In this document: positions 11,385-19,904 of the stretch, one piece after another
Layout: each line of letters starts with the position of its first letter
Numbering within the stretch: position 1 is the stretch's first letter
NCBI GenBank assembly: GCA_963752915.1
Contig: CAVVZZ010000006.1
Span: forward strand, 11,166 to 75,165
DNA from: Ignavibacteriota bacterium
GTDB taxonomy: Bacteria; Bacteroidota; Ignavibacteria; UBA10030; UBA6906
Length of the DNA stretch: 64,000 bases
Direction: 5' to 3'
Program-made: the position numbers and the translations under genes
Notes under the pieces: model-generated
Seen by the model: only the letters and a program-made list of their open reading frames with translations
What the model was told of the DNA's origin: nothing
Database searches by the model: none

Positions 11385-11825
11385 CTAGCGGCGATTGGCT
11401 CCCGGGTCTTCCTCCTTTTCGTTTTTTTCCTTCGCTTCCACCACGCGTCGGAGATATTCGACAATCGTCTGCGTCGACGTCCCCGGCGTAAACAGATCGC
11501 CGACTCCCAGCCGTTTCAGTTCCTCGATATCTTTGTCAGGAATGATTCCCCCACCGAAGAGAACGACGTCTGTCAGTCCCTCCGACTTCATCAGGGTGAG
11601 GACCTTCGGAAAGATGGTCATGTGAGCTCCGCTCAGGATCGAAACGCCGATCGCGTCGACGTCTTCCTGCATCGCTGCATGCACAATCACTTCCGGGGTC
11701 TTTCGCAGTCCGGTGTAGATCACTTCCATTCCCGCATCACGCAGTGCCGCTGCAACCACTTTGGCTCCCCTGTCATGACCGTCAAGCCCCACCTTTGCGA
11801 TGAGTACGCGGATTGGTCGTTTCAT
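11385..11825 (-). CDS. Cobalamin-binding domain protein (methylmalonyl-CoA mutase C-terminal-like subunit)
   Basis: [20 protein letters not shown] motifs. Confidence 0.93.
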   Translation of the reverse strand: MKRPIRVLIAKVGLDGHDRGAKVVAAALRDAGMEVIYTGLRKTPEVIVHAAMQEDVDAIGVSILSGAHMTIFPKVLTLMKSEGLTDVVLFGGGIIPDKDIEELKRLGVGDLFTPGTSTQTIVEYLRRVVEAKEKNEKEEDPGANRR

Positions 11826-12433
11826 TGCGCCGATTCCTTTTCTGGGATGCTCACAATGCCCATGCGGACGAGCGAGGTATAGAGCGCCGACAGGGGAAGT
11901 CCGACAACATTGTAGTAGCACCCTTCTACGCTCGTTACGAACACGGCGCCATAGTCGTCCTGGATGCCATACGCGCCGGCTTTGTCCATGGGGGACCCCC
12001 CGCTCACATATTCCCGGATCTCCCCCTCCGGAAGTTCCCGGAAGTGCACAACGGTCTCCTCCACTCCGCTCAGCGATGCTCCCGACGGGCAGTCGACCAG
12101 CGCGAAGCCGGTGTGCACGAGGTGCGTGCGTCCGCTGAGGCGCATGAGCATGCTCGCCGCTTCATCCGGGTCCACGGGCTTCCCCAGCATCAGACCGTCG
12201 ATGGAGACGATCGTATCCGCGCCGATAACGCAGCCGTTGGCGGTGGAGCGGGCTACCGTTTTCGCTTTCTCGACGGCAAGTCGTACCGCGTTTTCCGCAG
12301 GCGACTGGTCCGCCAGAAAATCCTCTGGAATATCGCACGGAACGACAACGGGCTCGAACCCAATTTGCCGGAGCAGATGGAGGCGACGGGGCGAACGGGA
12401 AGCCAGGACCAGCGGCTTGGTGAGACGGCTCAT
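11822..12433 (-). CDS. maf: Maf nucleotide pyrophosphatase
   Basis: [30 protein letters not shown]. Confidence 0.95.
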   Translation of the reverse strand: MSRLTKPLVLASRSPRRLHLLRQIGFEPVVVPCDIPEDFLADQSPAENAVRLAVEKAKTVARSTANGCVIGADTIVSIDGLMLGKPVDPDEAASMLMRLSGRTHLVHTGFALVDCPSGASLSGVEETVVHFRELPEGEIREYVSGGSPMDKAGAYGIQDDYGAVFVTSVEGCYYNVVGLPLSALYTSLVRMGIVSIPEKESAQ

Positions 12434-12511
12434 ATGCAGGAACAAAAAAGGGCGACACTTGCGTATCGCCCGATGACCGAGCGAACAACGTTCATTACGC
12501 CTCGGGATGGT

Positions 12512-12931
12512 TCAACGGAACATCGCCTTGATGCTGCCCCAGGTACGTCGGACGCTGCTGACCTTGCTCGAGATCAGTTGGGTATAGTATTGTTCCGCCC
12601 CAACCTGCGCGCCATTTGCGTCGACGGGCGTAATTCGATAGCGATAAAAGGATTCTGTGGTCTTGAATGCAGTTTCGTCGACGAACGCGTAGGACTGTCC
12701 GCTTCCCTTTGCGGTGAAACGATCGACGAGGGTGATGAACCCGCTCCCATCGGCGAGGGATCTCTCGATCCTGTACGCAGCGACTCCCGATTCGTTGTCA
12801 CTTGTCCATCGAATCGAGACCCCGTTGGACTGCGATTCAGCGCTCAGACTTCCGTCACGGATAACGCCGGAAAAGGCAACTCCTCCAAGAACAACCAGCA
12901 AAAGAGCGACACCGGAAATGCGTGGTACCAT
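12512..12931 (-). CDS. Small secreted Ig/Fn3-like protein with C-terminal TWGxIK motif
   Basis: Signal peptide, W...E....Y.IERS and YRYRI pattern, ends SVRRTWGSIKAMFR. Confidence 0.7.
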   Translation of the reverse strand: MVPRISGVALLLVVLGGVAFSGVIRDGSLSAESQSNGVSIRWTSDNESGVAAYRIERSLADGSGFITLVDRFTAKGSGQSYAFVDETAFKTTESFYRYRITPVDANGAQVGAEQYYTQLISSKVSSVRRTWGSIKAMFR

Positions 12932-13048
12932 TGCTGTTGCTTTCCAAGAATGACGGCGGAATATAACCTTCGCCGATAAGAAAATCAATCTCACTTCAGG
13001 CAGAAAGTGAAACACCTTCTGCCCACCGGACGCACAAAAACTAACTCA

Positions 13049-13100
13049 CCCTTCGACCGTTCGACAAGCTCACGGTCGAACCCTGAGGGAACTCGAAGGG
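13049..13100. repeat. REP-like nested palindrome
   Basis: CCCTTCGA...TCGAAGGG outer arms enclosing TTCGACCG...CGGTCGAA and TTCGACAAGCTCA core. Confidence 0.6.
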
Positions 13101-13478
13101 TTCGACTCCTCGCCGACAAAAAGGATTGGGTCGTCGCTCAGAGCACCGCTGTGATACGCAGTGTACGGAAGGCGGGCCTGCCCGCCGAACGCACGCCTTT
13201 ATGCTTGACGCGATACAGCTTGTGCGGAAGGCGGGACGGAAACCCGCATGCCTTGTGGGCGCCAGAAAGGAACCTCCGACTCCGCAATATAAAAGAACTT
13301 TTGTTCGGAAGCAGGGCTAGTCCGCCGAACGCACACCTTTATTCTTGACTCGATACAGCTTGTGCGGAAGGCGGGACTGCCCGCCGAACGCACTGTCCTG
13401 CTTCTCCACTCGCCATTCGGCTCCTCCCCGACAAATCGCGTCGGGTCGTCGCTCAGGGCACCGCTGTGATACGCGGTG
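13101..13478. repeat. Mosaic of tRNA-Leu 3'-end-derived direct repeats
   Basis: TGT(G/A/T)CGGAAG(GC/CA)GGG at about 13162, 13221, 13302 and 13361; ~75-bp blocks duplicated at offsets 140 and 315. Confidence 0.85.
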
Positions 13479-13561
13479 TGCGGAAGGCGGGACTTGAACC
13501 CGCATGCCTTGTGGGCGCCACCCCCTCAAGATGGTGCGTCTGCCAATTTCGCCACTTCCGC
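13479..13561 (-). tRNA. tRNA-Leu(GAG)
   Basis: Reverse complement GCGGAAGTGGCGAAATTGGCAGACGCACCATCTTGAGGGGGTGG...GGTTCAAGTCCCGCCTTCCGCA. Confidence 0.96.
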
Positions 13562-13924
13562 GATGCAAACACGCCGTAGCGTGGCGGCTGGAACAAACAG
13601 AGGGAAAATCAGGGAAAAGTAAAAAGAGCGCGACTACGATTATCCGTCGCGTCACAATATAAAAAACGCACTTGAGTTCTGCAAGTCTTTATCTCCGTTT
13701 CTCGCCAAATCTGTGCAAATGTGGGTGTTTCAACCCATCGACAATATTGTCGAAACTGCTCACCATTGCGGCCGCCGTACCAGCAGAAGCCACCGAGTTT
13801 TCTACAAATGGCAGGATTCGGACCTGATTCAATGCTTGAACTGGCGGCATTTTGCGACTCTCTCTTGGTATGAATGTTGTCTCCATAGATAGGTGACATA
13901 ATCGCAACACAGACTGAGGGGCAG

Positions 13925-14458
13925 GTGGACAGAACTGGTGGAAAGAGGTCGAGTTTTGGTCTCAGATATGGCTGCATCGCAGGGATGTTCGTGGCTTTCT
14001 CCCTTCCCTTGCTGGGTCAGACCTCAGTCCCGGCAAGTGTGAGTTCCACTCCCGGCATCCATATCCGGTCGTTCGACGGAAAATGCCACCACAGCGAGGA
14101 ATACTATGAAGGCCTCCGCAAGGTGGTCCTGAAAGAGTTCAATATCCTATCCGATTCAACTGCCCTCAATCTCGTTTTCATCAGTGAAGACCTCCGGGAG
14201 ACGATGAATTTGGCAAATCCTGACCGGTTCGGCACTGCGGATTGGCTCGGAGCTTTCGTCTCCCCGACCCTCATCTTCATCGTCGGCGACGAATCCGACG
14301 ACACCTTCATGCATGAATACATGCACTCCCTCCAGTCTCGGGGACTGCTCTTTGCCGACGTCCCCCGAACGTCGGTACACACGCTGATCCAGCAGGATGA
14401 AGGATTGCTCCTCGGCAGCGATAGTTATATCGAGTTCCTCAAAACCCGGCATCCGTAG
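13925..14458 (+). CDS. Hypothetical exported protein with HExxH motif (possible zinc metallopeptidase fold)
   Basis: Hydrophobic N-terminal segment; FMHEYMHSL; start codon uncertain. Confidence 0.6.
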   Translation: MDRTGGKRSSFGLRYGCIAGMFVAFSLPLLGQTSVPASVSSTPGIHIRSFDGKCHHSEEYYEGLRKVVLKEFNILSDSTALNLVFISEDLRETMNLANPDRFGTADWLGAFVSPTLIFIVGDESDDTFMHEYMHSLQSRGLLFADVPRTSVHTLIQQDEGLLLGSDSYIEFLKTRHP

Positions 14459-14518
14459 CGTCTGCTTTCCCCGCGGCTATCCTTGATTTTGACTCCCCTC
14501 GAGTGTACTTTGCACCCC

Positions 14519-14552
14519 GGGGGCCGGCAGAAATAGCCCCCTCTTTTTTTTT
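14519..14552 (+). terminator. Intrinsic terminator-like hairpin
   Basis: GGGGGC...GCCCCC stem followed by TCTTTTTTTTT. Confidence 0.6.
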
Positions 14553-14679
14553 GCGCCGCTCCTCCCCAAAGCGCAAAGCAGTCCACGCCCTTCCCAGCGG
14601 AAAGGAGGTGCAGAAGGACCTCGGGAAGAAACCCACAATCACCGTCCTACATGAACACCAACCTCAGAGGAGGATACCC

Positions 14680-16179
14680 ATGAACGTGCGGATTCTACGC
14701 ATCGCCGTCTTCATGCTGGTGGCACTCCCGCTTTTTCTCGGAATTGTGTCGCAGCGTGATCAGATTCCGATTACGACCTCATCCCCGGACGCAAAAGCCC
14801 TCGTGGAGAAGGCCGTCGGCCAGATGGAAAACTTACGGTTCAGTGAAGCAGTCGACAATCTCACCAAAGCCGTGGGACTTGACCACGACTGCGCATTCGC
14901 GTACTACTGTCTCGCGATGTGTGCGACGACCCCCACTGATGCCCGGGCGCAAATTACGAAGGCGGTGGCGCTGGCCGACAAGGTTTCAGATGGCGAGCGA
15001 ATGTTGATTCAGTCCTTTCAATCGCAGCTGAACGGAGACATGTTAGGCTCGACCGCCACGCTACAAAAACTTGTAACGATGTACCCGACCGACAAACGTG
15101 CGCATTTCTCTTATGCCGCAGCGCTTTACAACGGACGGAAGTACTCGGATGCGATTACGGAACTCCACGCTGCCATCGACATCGACAAGACCTACGCGCC
15201 TGCATACAACATGCTCGGATATGTCGAAATGCGAAATGGCGATCTCCCCGCCGGCGAAAAGGCGCTCGTACAGTATATCACGCTTGTCCCGAACGAACCC
15301 AACCCCCGCGACTCCTACGCCGAACTTTTGCTCAAGGAAGGGAAATACGACGAGGCAATAGCGTCGTATCAGAAGGCGCTTTCCATTGATCCCGGTTTTC
15401 ATTCTTCAGCAATCGGCATCGCCAATGCCTACGTCTTCAAGGGGATGCCCGCCGAGGCCCGGAAGCAGCTCCAGCAGCTCTATGACGATGCCCCGGAAAC
15501 GGGATGGAAGATCACGGCGCTGGACGAAATTGCATCGACTTATATTCATGAAGGACGGTACGATCAGGCCCTCGAACAGTTGAACAAGGCTCATACCCTT
15601 GCCCTCGCCGCCAAAGATCCCATTCTGGTGGCCGATCAATTGAATCTCATCGGAACAACGGTCCTGCAATCGAGCACGATCGATGCGACGCGGGGAACAT
15701 TTCTCAAGACCAGGACGCCGGAGACCGTGAAGATCGATCAGGCCGTCCCCTATTTTGACGATGCCAATCGCGTCATCGCATCCTCGGATCTACCCAAGGA
15801 CGTCAAAGTGCGAGCGGAAACCATGGCCCTGGTGAACAAGGTCGATGTCGCGCTGTTGAAAAATAATGTTGGATCAGCGAAGTCTTTCGCCGCGCAGTTC
15901 GAAGAGATGACGAAGAACGACGAGGAGATGGACGTCCAACGGTATCGGCACCAGATCCGCGGGATGATCGCGATGGCCGATAAGAAATCCGACGACGCGA
16001 TCTCGGAATTGTTGCAGTCAAATCTTCGCAACCCGCTCAACCTCTATCGTCTCTCGGAAGCATATGAGCTGGCGGACAACGTCGCGAAAGCCAAGGAGGT
16101 GCGAGCGCAAATCTGGTCGTTCAATGAGGACTCGTTTAACCTTGCGTTTGTAAGACCGCTCGCAAGGCCGCAGGAGTGA
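14680..16179 (+). CDS. Exported tetratricopeptide repeat protein
   Basis: AGGAGG RBS, signal peptide, multiple TPR-like repeats (YAPAYNMLGY, GKYDEAIASYQKAL). Confidence 0.88.
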   Translation: MNVRILRIAVFMLVALPLFLGIVSQRDQIPITTSSPDAKALVEKAVGQMENLRFSEAVDNLTKAVGLDHDCAFAYYCLAMCATTPTDARAQITKAVALADKVSDGERMLIQSFQSQLNGDMLGSTATLQKLVTMYPTDKRAHFSYAAALYNGRKYSDAITELHAAIDIDKTYAPAYNMLGYVEMRNGDLPAGEKALVQYITLVPNEPNPRDSYAELLLKEGKYDEAIASYQKALSIDPGFHSSAIGIANAYVFKGMPAEARKQLQQLYDDAPETGWKITALDEIASTYIHEGRYDQALEQLNKAHTLALAAKDPILVADQLNLIGTTVLQSSTIDATRGTFLKTRTPETVKIDQAVPYFDDANRVIASSDLPKDVKVRAETMALVNKVDVALLKNNVGSAKSFAAQFEEMTKNDEEMDVQRYRHQIRGMIAMADKKSDDAISELLQSNLRNPLNLYRLSEAYELADNVAKAKEVRAQIWSFNEDSFNLAFVRPLARPQE

Positions 16180-16207
16180 CGATTGCCAGTTGCTGTGCGT
16201 CTCAAAG

Positions 16208-16244
16208 GAAAGGTCCGGGAGTATTCACCGGACCTTTCTTTGTT
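16208..16244 (+). terminator. Intrinsic terminator
   Basis: GAAAGGTCCGG-loop-CCGGACCTTTC followed by TTTGTT. Confidence 0.75.
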
Positions 16245-16413
16245 GAATCGCATAAAGCACACAAATTTCGAATTGGTACTACATCAACCGAGACTGCGCA
16301 CTCCAGGAAAAAAGCATCTCGCAAGGATGGCGAAAAACTAGTGGAACGGCTGCCCGGGATTTAGTAGTATATAGCCCTCAGTTCAACCCTGTCTCACATC
16401 CGGTATCCCTGCC

Positions 16414-19400
16414 ATGCGCCCCTACCGTCCCCTGATATTCGTTTTTCTCCTGCAGCTTGTTTGCTTCCCCCTCTACGGACAACAGGAGGCCCGCCTCCTG
16501 AGGTTCCCTGCAATTCACGGTCAACAGATTGCCTTCACCTATGCGGGCAATCTCTATACGGTCTCCTCCCACGGCGGGATCGCCCGGAAGCTGACCAACG
16601 ATGTCGGGTTTGAAGTCTTCCCGAGATTCTCCCCTGATGGGAAAACCATTGCATTCACTGCGCAGTACGATGGGAACACCGAAGTGTATGCGATGCCTGC
16701 TTCCGGCGGCGTGCCGAAGCGCCTGACCTATACCGCGACCATCTCGAGGGACGATGTCTCCGACCGCATGGGTCCGAACAACATCGTGATGACGTGGCAG
16801 GACGATTCCCATATCGTCTACCGGTCCCGGGGTATAGAATGGAATGACTTCAAAGGGCAGCTGTTCATCGTTCCGTCCGAGGGCGGGCCGTCAGTCCAAA
16901 TTCCCCTGCCGAGAGGGGCCTGGTGTTCGTTCTCTCCCGATGGCAAGAAGATGGCATACAACCGGGTCTTCCGGGAGTTCAGGACGTGGAAGCGGTACCG
17001 CGGAGGGCAGGCCGACGATATCTGGATTTACGATTTCCAGTCGAAGGCGACGACCGATATCACGAACAATCCGGCGCAGGATGTGTTCCCCATGTGGAAC
17101 GGGAACAAGATCTATTTCGTCTCCGATCGCGATACCAACAAGAGGATGAATCTCTACGTCTACGATCTCACCTCGTCGACAACGACGAAGCTCACGGACT
17201 TCGTCGACTTCGACCTGAAGTTTCCCTCGATGGGAGACAGCGCGATCGTCTTTGAGAACGGGGGATATATCTACCGGTTCGATTTTGCCACGCAACAGGC
17301 GCAGAAAGTCCCGATCGTTATCGACGAGGACTTCGACTCCGGTCGCGGCGGATGGCGTGATGTCAGTAACGAAATCACCAATTATGAGATCGCACCCGAT
17401 GGCAACCGTGCACTGTTGGGAGCGCGGGGGGACGTGTTTACTGTCCCAGTGAAATATGGCAATACCCGCAATCTCACCGCCACGCCTGGAGTCCACGAGC
17501 GCGACTCGAAATGGTCTCCGGACGGACGATGGATCGCCTACATTTCCGATGTCTCAGGCGAGGACGAAATCTGGATCATGGCCCAGGACGGCACCGGCAC
17601 GCCCCGTCAGATCACCGAAGGTGCGGACACCTACAAATATCAGATCTACTGGTCGCCGGACAGCAAGAAGCTTCTTTGGGCCGACAAGAAGCTCCGCCTG
17701 CAATACGTCGACGTCGAATCGAAGAAAGTCACGCATGTCGCACAGGCCACCGCCTGGGAATTCTCCGACTACTGTTGGTCACCCGACAGCAAGTGGATCG
17801 CGTATGCGCGGCCCGAAGAAAAGGCGATGACGACAATCGAATTGTATTCGGTGGAGAGTGAAGCAACCGTTGCTGTCACCGACGGTTGGTTCGACTCTTC
17901 CGGTCCCTCATTCAGCTCCGACGGGAAGTTCCTCTTCTTCGTGTCGGACCGCAGTTTCAGTCCGACGTATGGGAACCTGGAGTGGAACCACATCTATCGC
18001 GATCTCTCAAAGATCTATTTTATCGCGCTTTCGAAGAGTGTACAATCCCCCTTTGCGCCGAAAAGCGACGAGGTGAAGATCGACCTCGGGAACAAGAAGC
18101 CCGATAAGAGTGACGAGAAGAAAGCCAAGGAGAAATCGACCACGGTGACCGTCACGGTCGACACCAGCGGTATCCAGTCCCGCATCGGGGTCCTTCCGAT
18201 CACGGCCGCGGCGTACCGCAATATTCAGGTTGTCGGCGACAAGGTGTATTACATACGGAACGGAAGCAAAGACGAGAAACCCAAACTGTTCCTGTATGAA
18301 CTGGACAAGCAGAAGGAGACCGACCTCGGGGAGATCAACGGGTTCGAGATTTCCGCGGACGGGAAGAAGATGCTTGTCAGTCAAGCGAAGAGCTATGCCA
18401 TCATCGACCTGCCGACATCGCACGTCGACGTCAAAGAACCGCTGAACCTCAGCGACATGAAGGTCAATCTGGACCTTCACGCGGAATGGAACCAGATCTT
18501 CCATGAGTGCTGGCGTCAGATGCGGGATTTCCTGTATGATCCGCATCTGCACGGCGTGGACTGGATCGGAATCGGAAAGAAATACGGAGCGCTCTTGCCC
18601 TTCGTGAATCATCGCACCGACCTTACGTATATCATCGGAGAGATGATCTCGGAACTGAACATCGGTCATGCCTACGTTGGTGGAGGCGACTATCCAAAGC
18701 CCGAACGGATTCTGACCGGGCTTCTCGGAGCGACGCTCGAACGCGATCCTGGTTCGGGGTACTACCGGATAGCCGAAATCCTCAAGGGCGAAAACTGGGA
18801 CCACTCTCTCCGGTCGCCCCTCACCGATATGGGCGTCACGGTGAAGACCGGCGATTATATCCTGGCGGTCAACGGCAAGCCCACGAATCAGATGCAGGAC
18901 ATTTACGCGTCGCTCGTGAACACCGTCGGAAAACAGGTCACGCTTCGTGTGAATGCTCAGCCAAAAGAAGAAGGAAGCCACGAGACGGTCGTCGTTCCCA
19001 CAGGCGACGAGCACGATTTGTACTACTTCAAATGGGTGGAGGGGAATATTGAGAAAGTCGCGAAAGCGACCGGAGGACGGGTAGGATACGTCCATATCCC
19101 GGATATGGGGACGCCGGGATTGAACGAGTTCGTCAAATACTATTATCCGCAACTTCGCAAGGATGGGTTGATCGTGGACGTTCGGGGGAACGGCGGCGGA
19201 AACGTCTCGCCGCAAATCATCGAACGGCTGGGAAGGCATATTGCGATGATCGATATCGCGCGCAACACCGCGCCGTCGCTTGACCCGAGCGGGACGCTTC
19301 TCGGTCCCAAGGTGATGTTGATCGATGAATTTTCCGCCTCCGATGGTGACATTGTCGCCTATCGATTCAAGAAATACCACCTTGGACCCGTTGTGGGGAA

Positions 19401-19683
19401 ACGGACCTGGGGAGGCGTCGTCGGTATCCGGGGAACGCTGCCACTGCTGGATGGCGGGTACATGTTTAAGCCGGAGTTTTCACGCTACGACACGGAGGGG
19501 AAGGAATGGATCATGGAAGGACACGGCGTCGATCCGGATTACGTCGTCGACAATGATCCCGCGAAAGAATTTGCCGGAGACGATCAGCAGCTTGACAAGG
19601 CCATCGACCTGATCAAGGCACAGATCGCGAATGCGCCGACAGAATTGCCGGCGCATCCGCCGTATCCGGACAAGTCACACTGA
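16414..19683 (+). CDS. Tricorn protease homolog (S41 family)
   Basis: Signal peptide, PD40-type WSPD repeats, PDZ, DVRGNGGG, SASDGD catalytic Ser, GKRTWGG, EGHGVDPD. Confidence 0.96.
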   Translation: MRPYRPLIFVFLLQLVCFPLYGQQEARLLRFPAIHGQQIAFTYAGNLYTVSSHGGIARKLTNDVGFEVFPRFSPDGKTIAFTAQYDGNTEVYAMPASGGVPKRLTYTATISRDDVSDRMGPNNIVMTWQDDSHIVYRSRGIEWNDFKGQLFIVPSEGGPSVQIPLPRGAWCSFSPDGKKMAYNRVFREFRTWKRYRGGQADDIWIYDFQSKATTDITNNPAQDVFPMWNGNKIYFVSDRDTNKRMNLYVYDLTSSTTTKLTDFVDFDLKFPSMGDSAIVFENGGYIYRFDFATQQAQKVPIVIDEDFDSGRGGWRDVSNEITNYEIAPDGNRALLGARGDVFTVPVKYGNTRNLTATPGVHERDSKWSPDGRWIAYISDVSGEDEIWIMAQDGTGTPRQITEGADTYKYQIYWSPDSKKLLWADKKLRLQYVDVESKKVTHVAQATAWEFSDYCWSPDSKWIAYARPEEKAMTTIELYSVESEATVAVTDGWFDSSGPSFSSDGKFLFFVSDRSFSPTYGNLEWNHIYRDLSKIYFIALSKSVQSPFAPKSDEVKIDLGNKKPDKSDEKKAKEKSTTVTVTVDTSGIQSRIGVLPITAAAYRNIQVVGDKVYYIRNGSKDEKPKLFLYELDKQKETDLGEINGFEISADGKKMLVSQAKSYAIIDLPTSHVDVKEPLNLSDMKVNLDLHAEWNQIFHECWRQMRDFLYDPHLHGVDWIGIGKKYGALLPFVNHRTDLTYIIGEMISELNIGHAYVGGGDYPKPERILTGLLGATLERDPGSGYYRIAEILKGENWDHSLRSPLTDMGVTVKTGDYILAVNGKPTNQMQDIYASLVNTVGKQVTLRVNAQPKEEGSHETVVVPTGDEHDLYYFKWVEGNIEKVAKATGGRVGYVHIPDMGTPGLNEFVKYYYPQLRKDGLIVDVRGNGGGNVSPQIIERLGRHIAMIDIARNTAPSLDPSGTLLGPKVMLIDEFSASDGDIVAYRFKKYHLGPVVGKRTWGGVVGIRGTLPLLDGGYMFKPEFSRYDTEGKEWIMEGHGVDPDYVVDNDPAKEFAGDDQQLDKAIDLIKAQIANAPTELPAHPPYPDKSH

Positions 19684-19695
19684 TATATCACTGAG

Positions 19696-19756
19696 AGTAG
19701 GAAGTAAGAAGTAGGACGTAGGAAGAAAGAAGTAGGAAGAATGCAGTATGCAGCAG
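19696..19756. repeat. Degenerate 7-bp tandem array (AGTAGGA-type)
   Basis: AGTAGGA AGTAAGA AGTAGGA CGTAGGA AGAAAGA AGTAGGA AGAATGC AGTATGC. Confidence 0.8.
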
Positions 19757-19904
19757 GCCGATGCTAGCGAGAGCCTCGGGCAATTGAAGTCTCCAGAGCT
19801 CTTTCTTCGCATCGTTGACACCAGCTGCTGAATTCAAGAGCAGGCAACAGTTCTCACCGTTGCCTGCTCTCGTTTGATTCACTGTCCCCTGTCCCCTGTC
19901 TTCT

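Noticed and set aside
13101-13478. Possible CRISPR array
   Set aside because: Repeats derive from the tRNA, spacing is irregular, the intervening sequences are themselves duplicated, and there are no cas genes
18007-19380. Long antisense ORFs (457 aa here; also 26643-27875, 35048-36085, 53673-54776, 11813-12979)
   Set aside because: Shadows of GC-rich genes on the opposite strand, with no recognisable motifs
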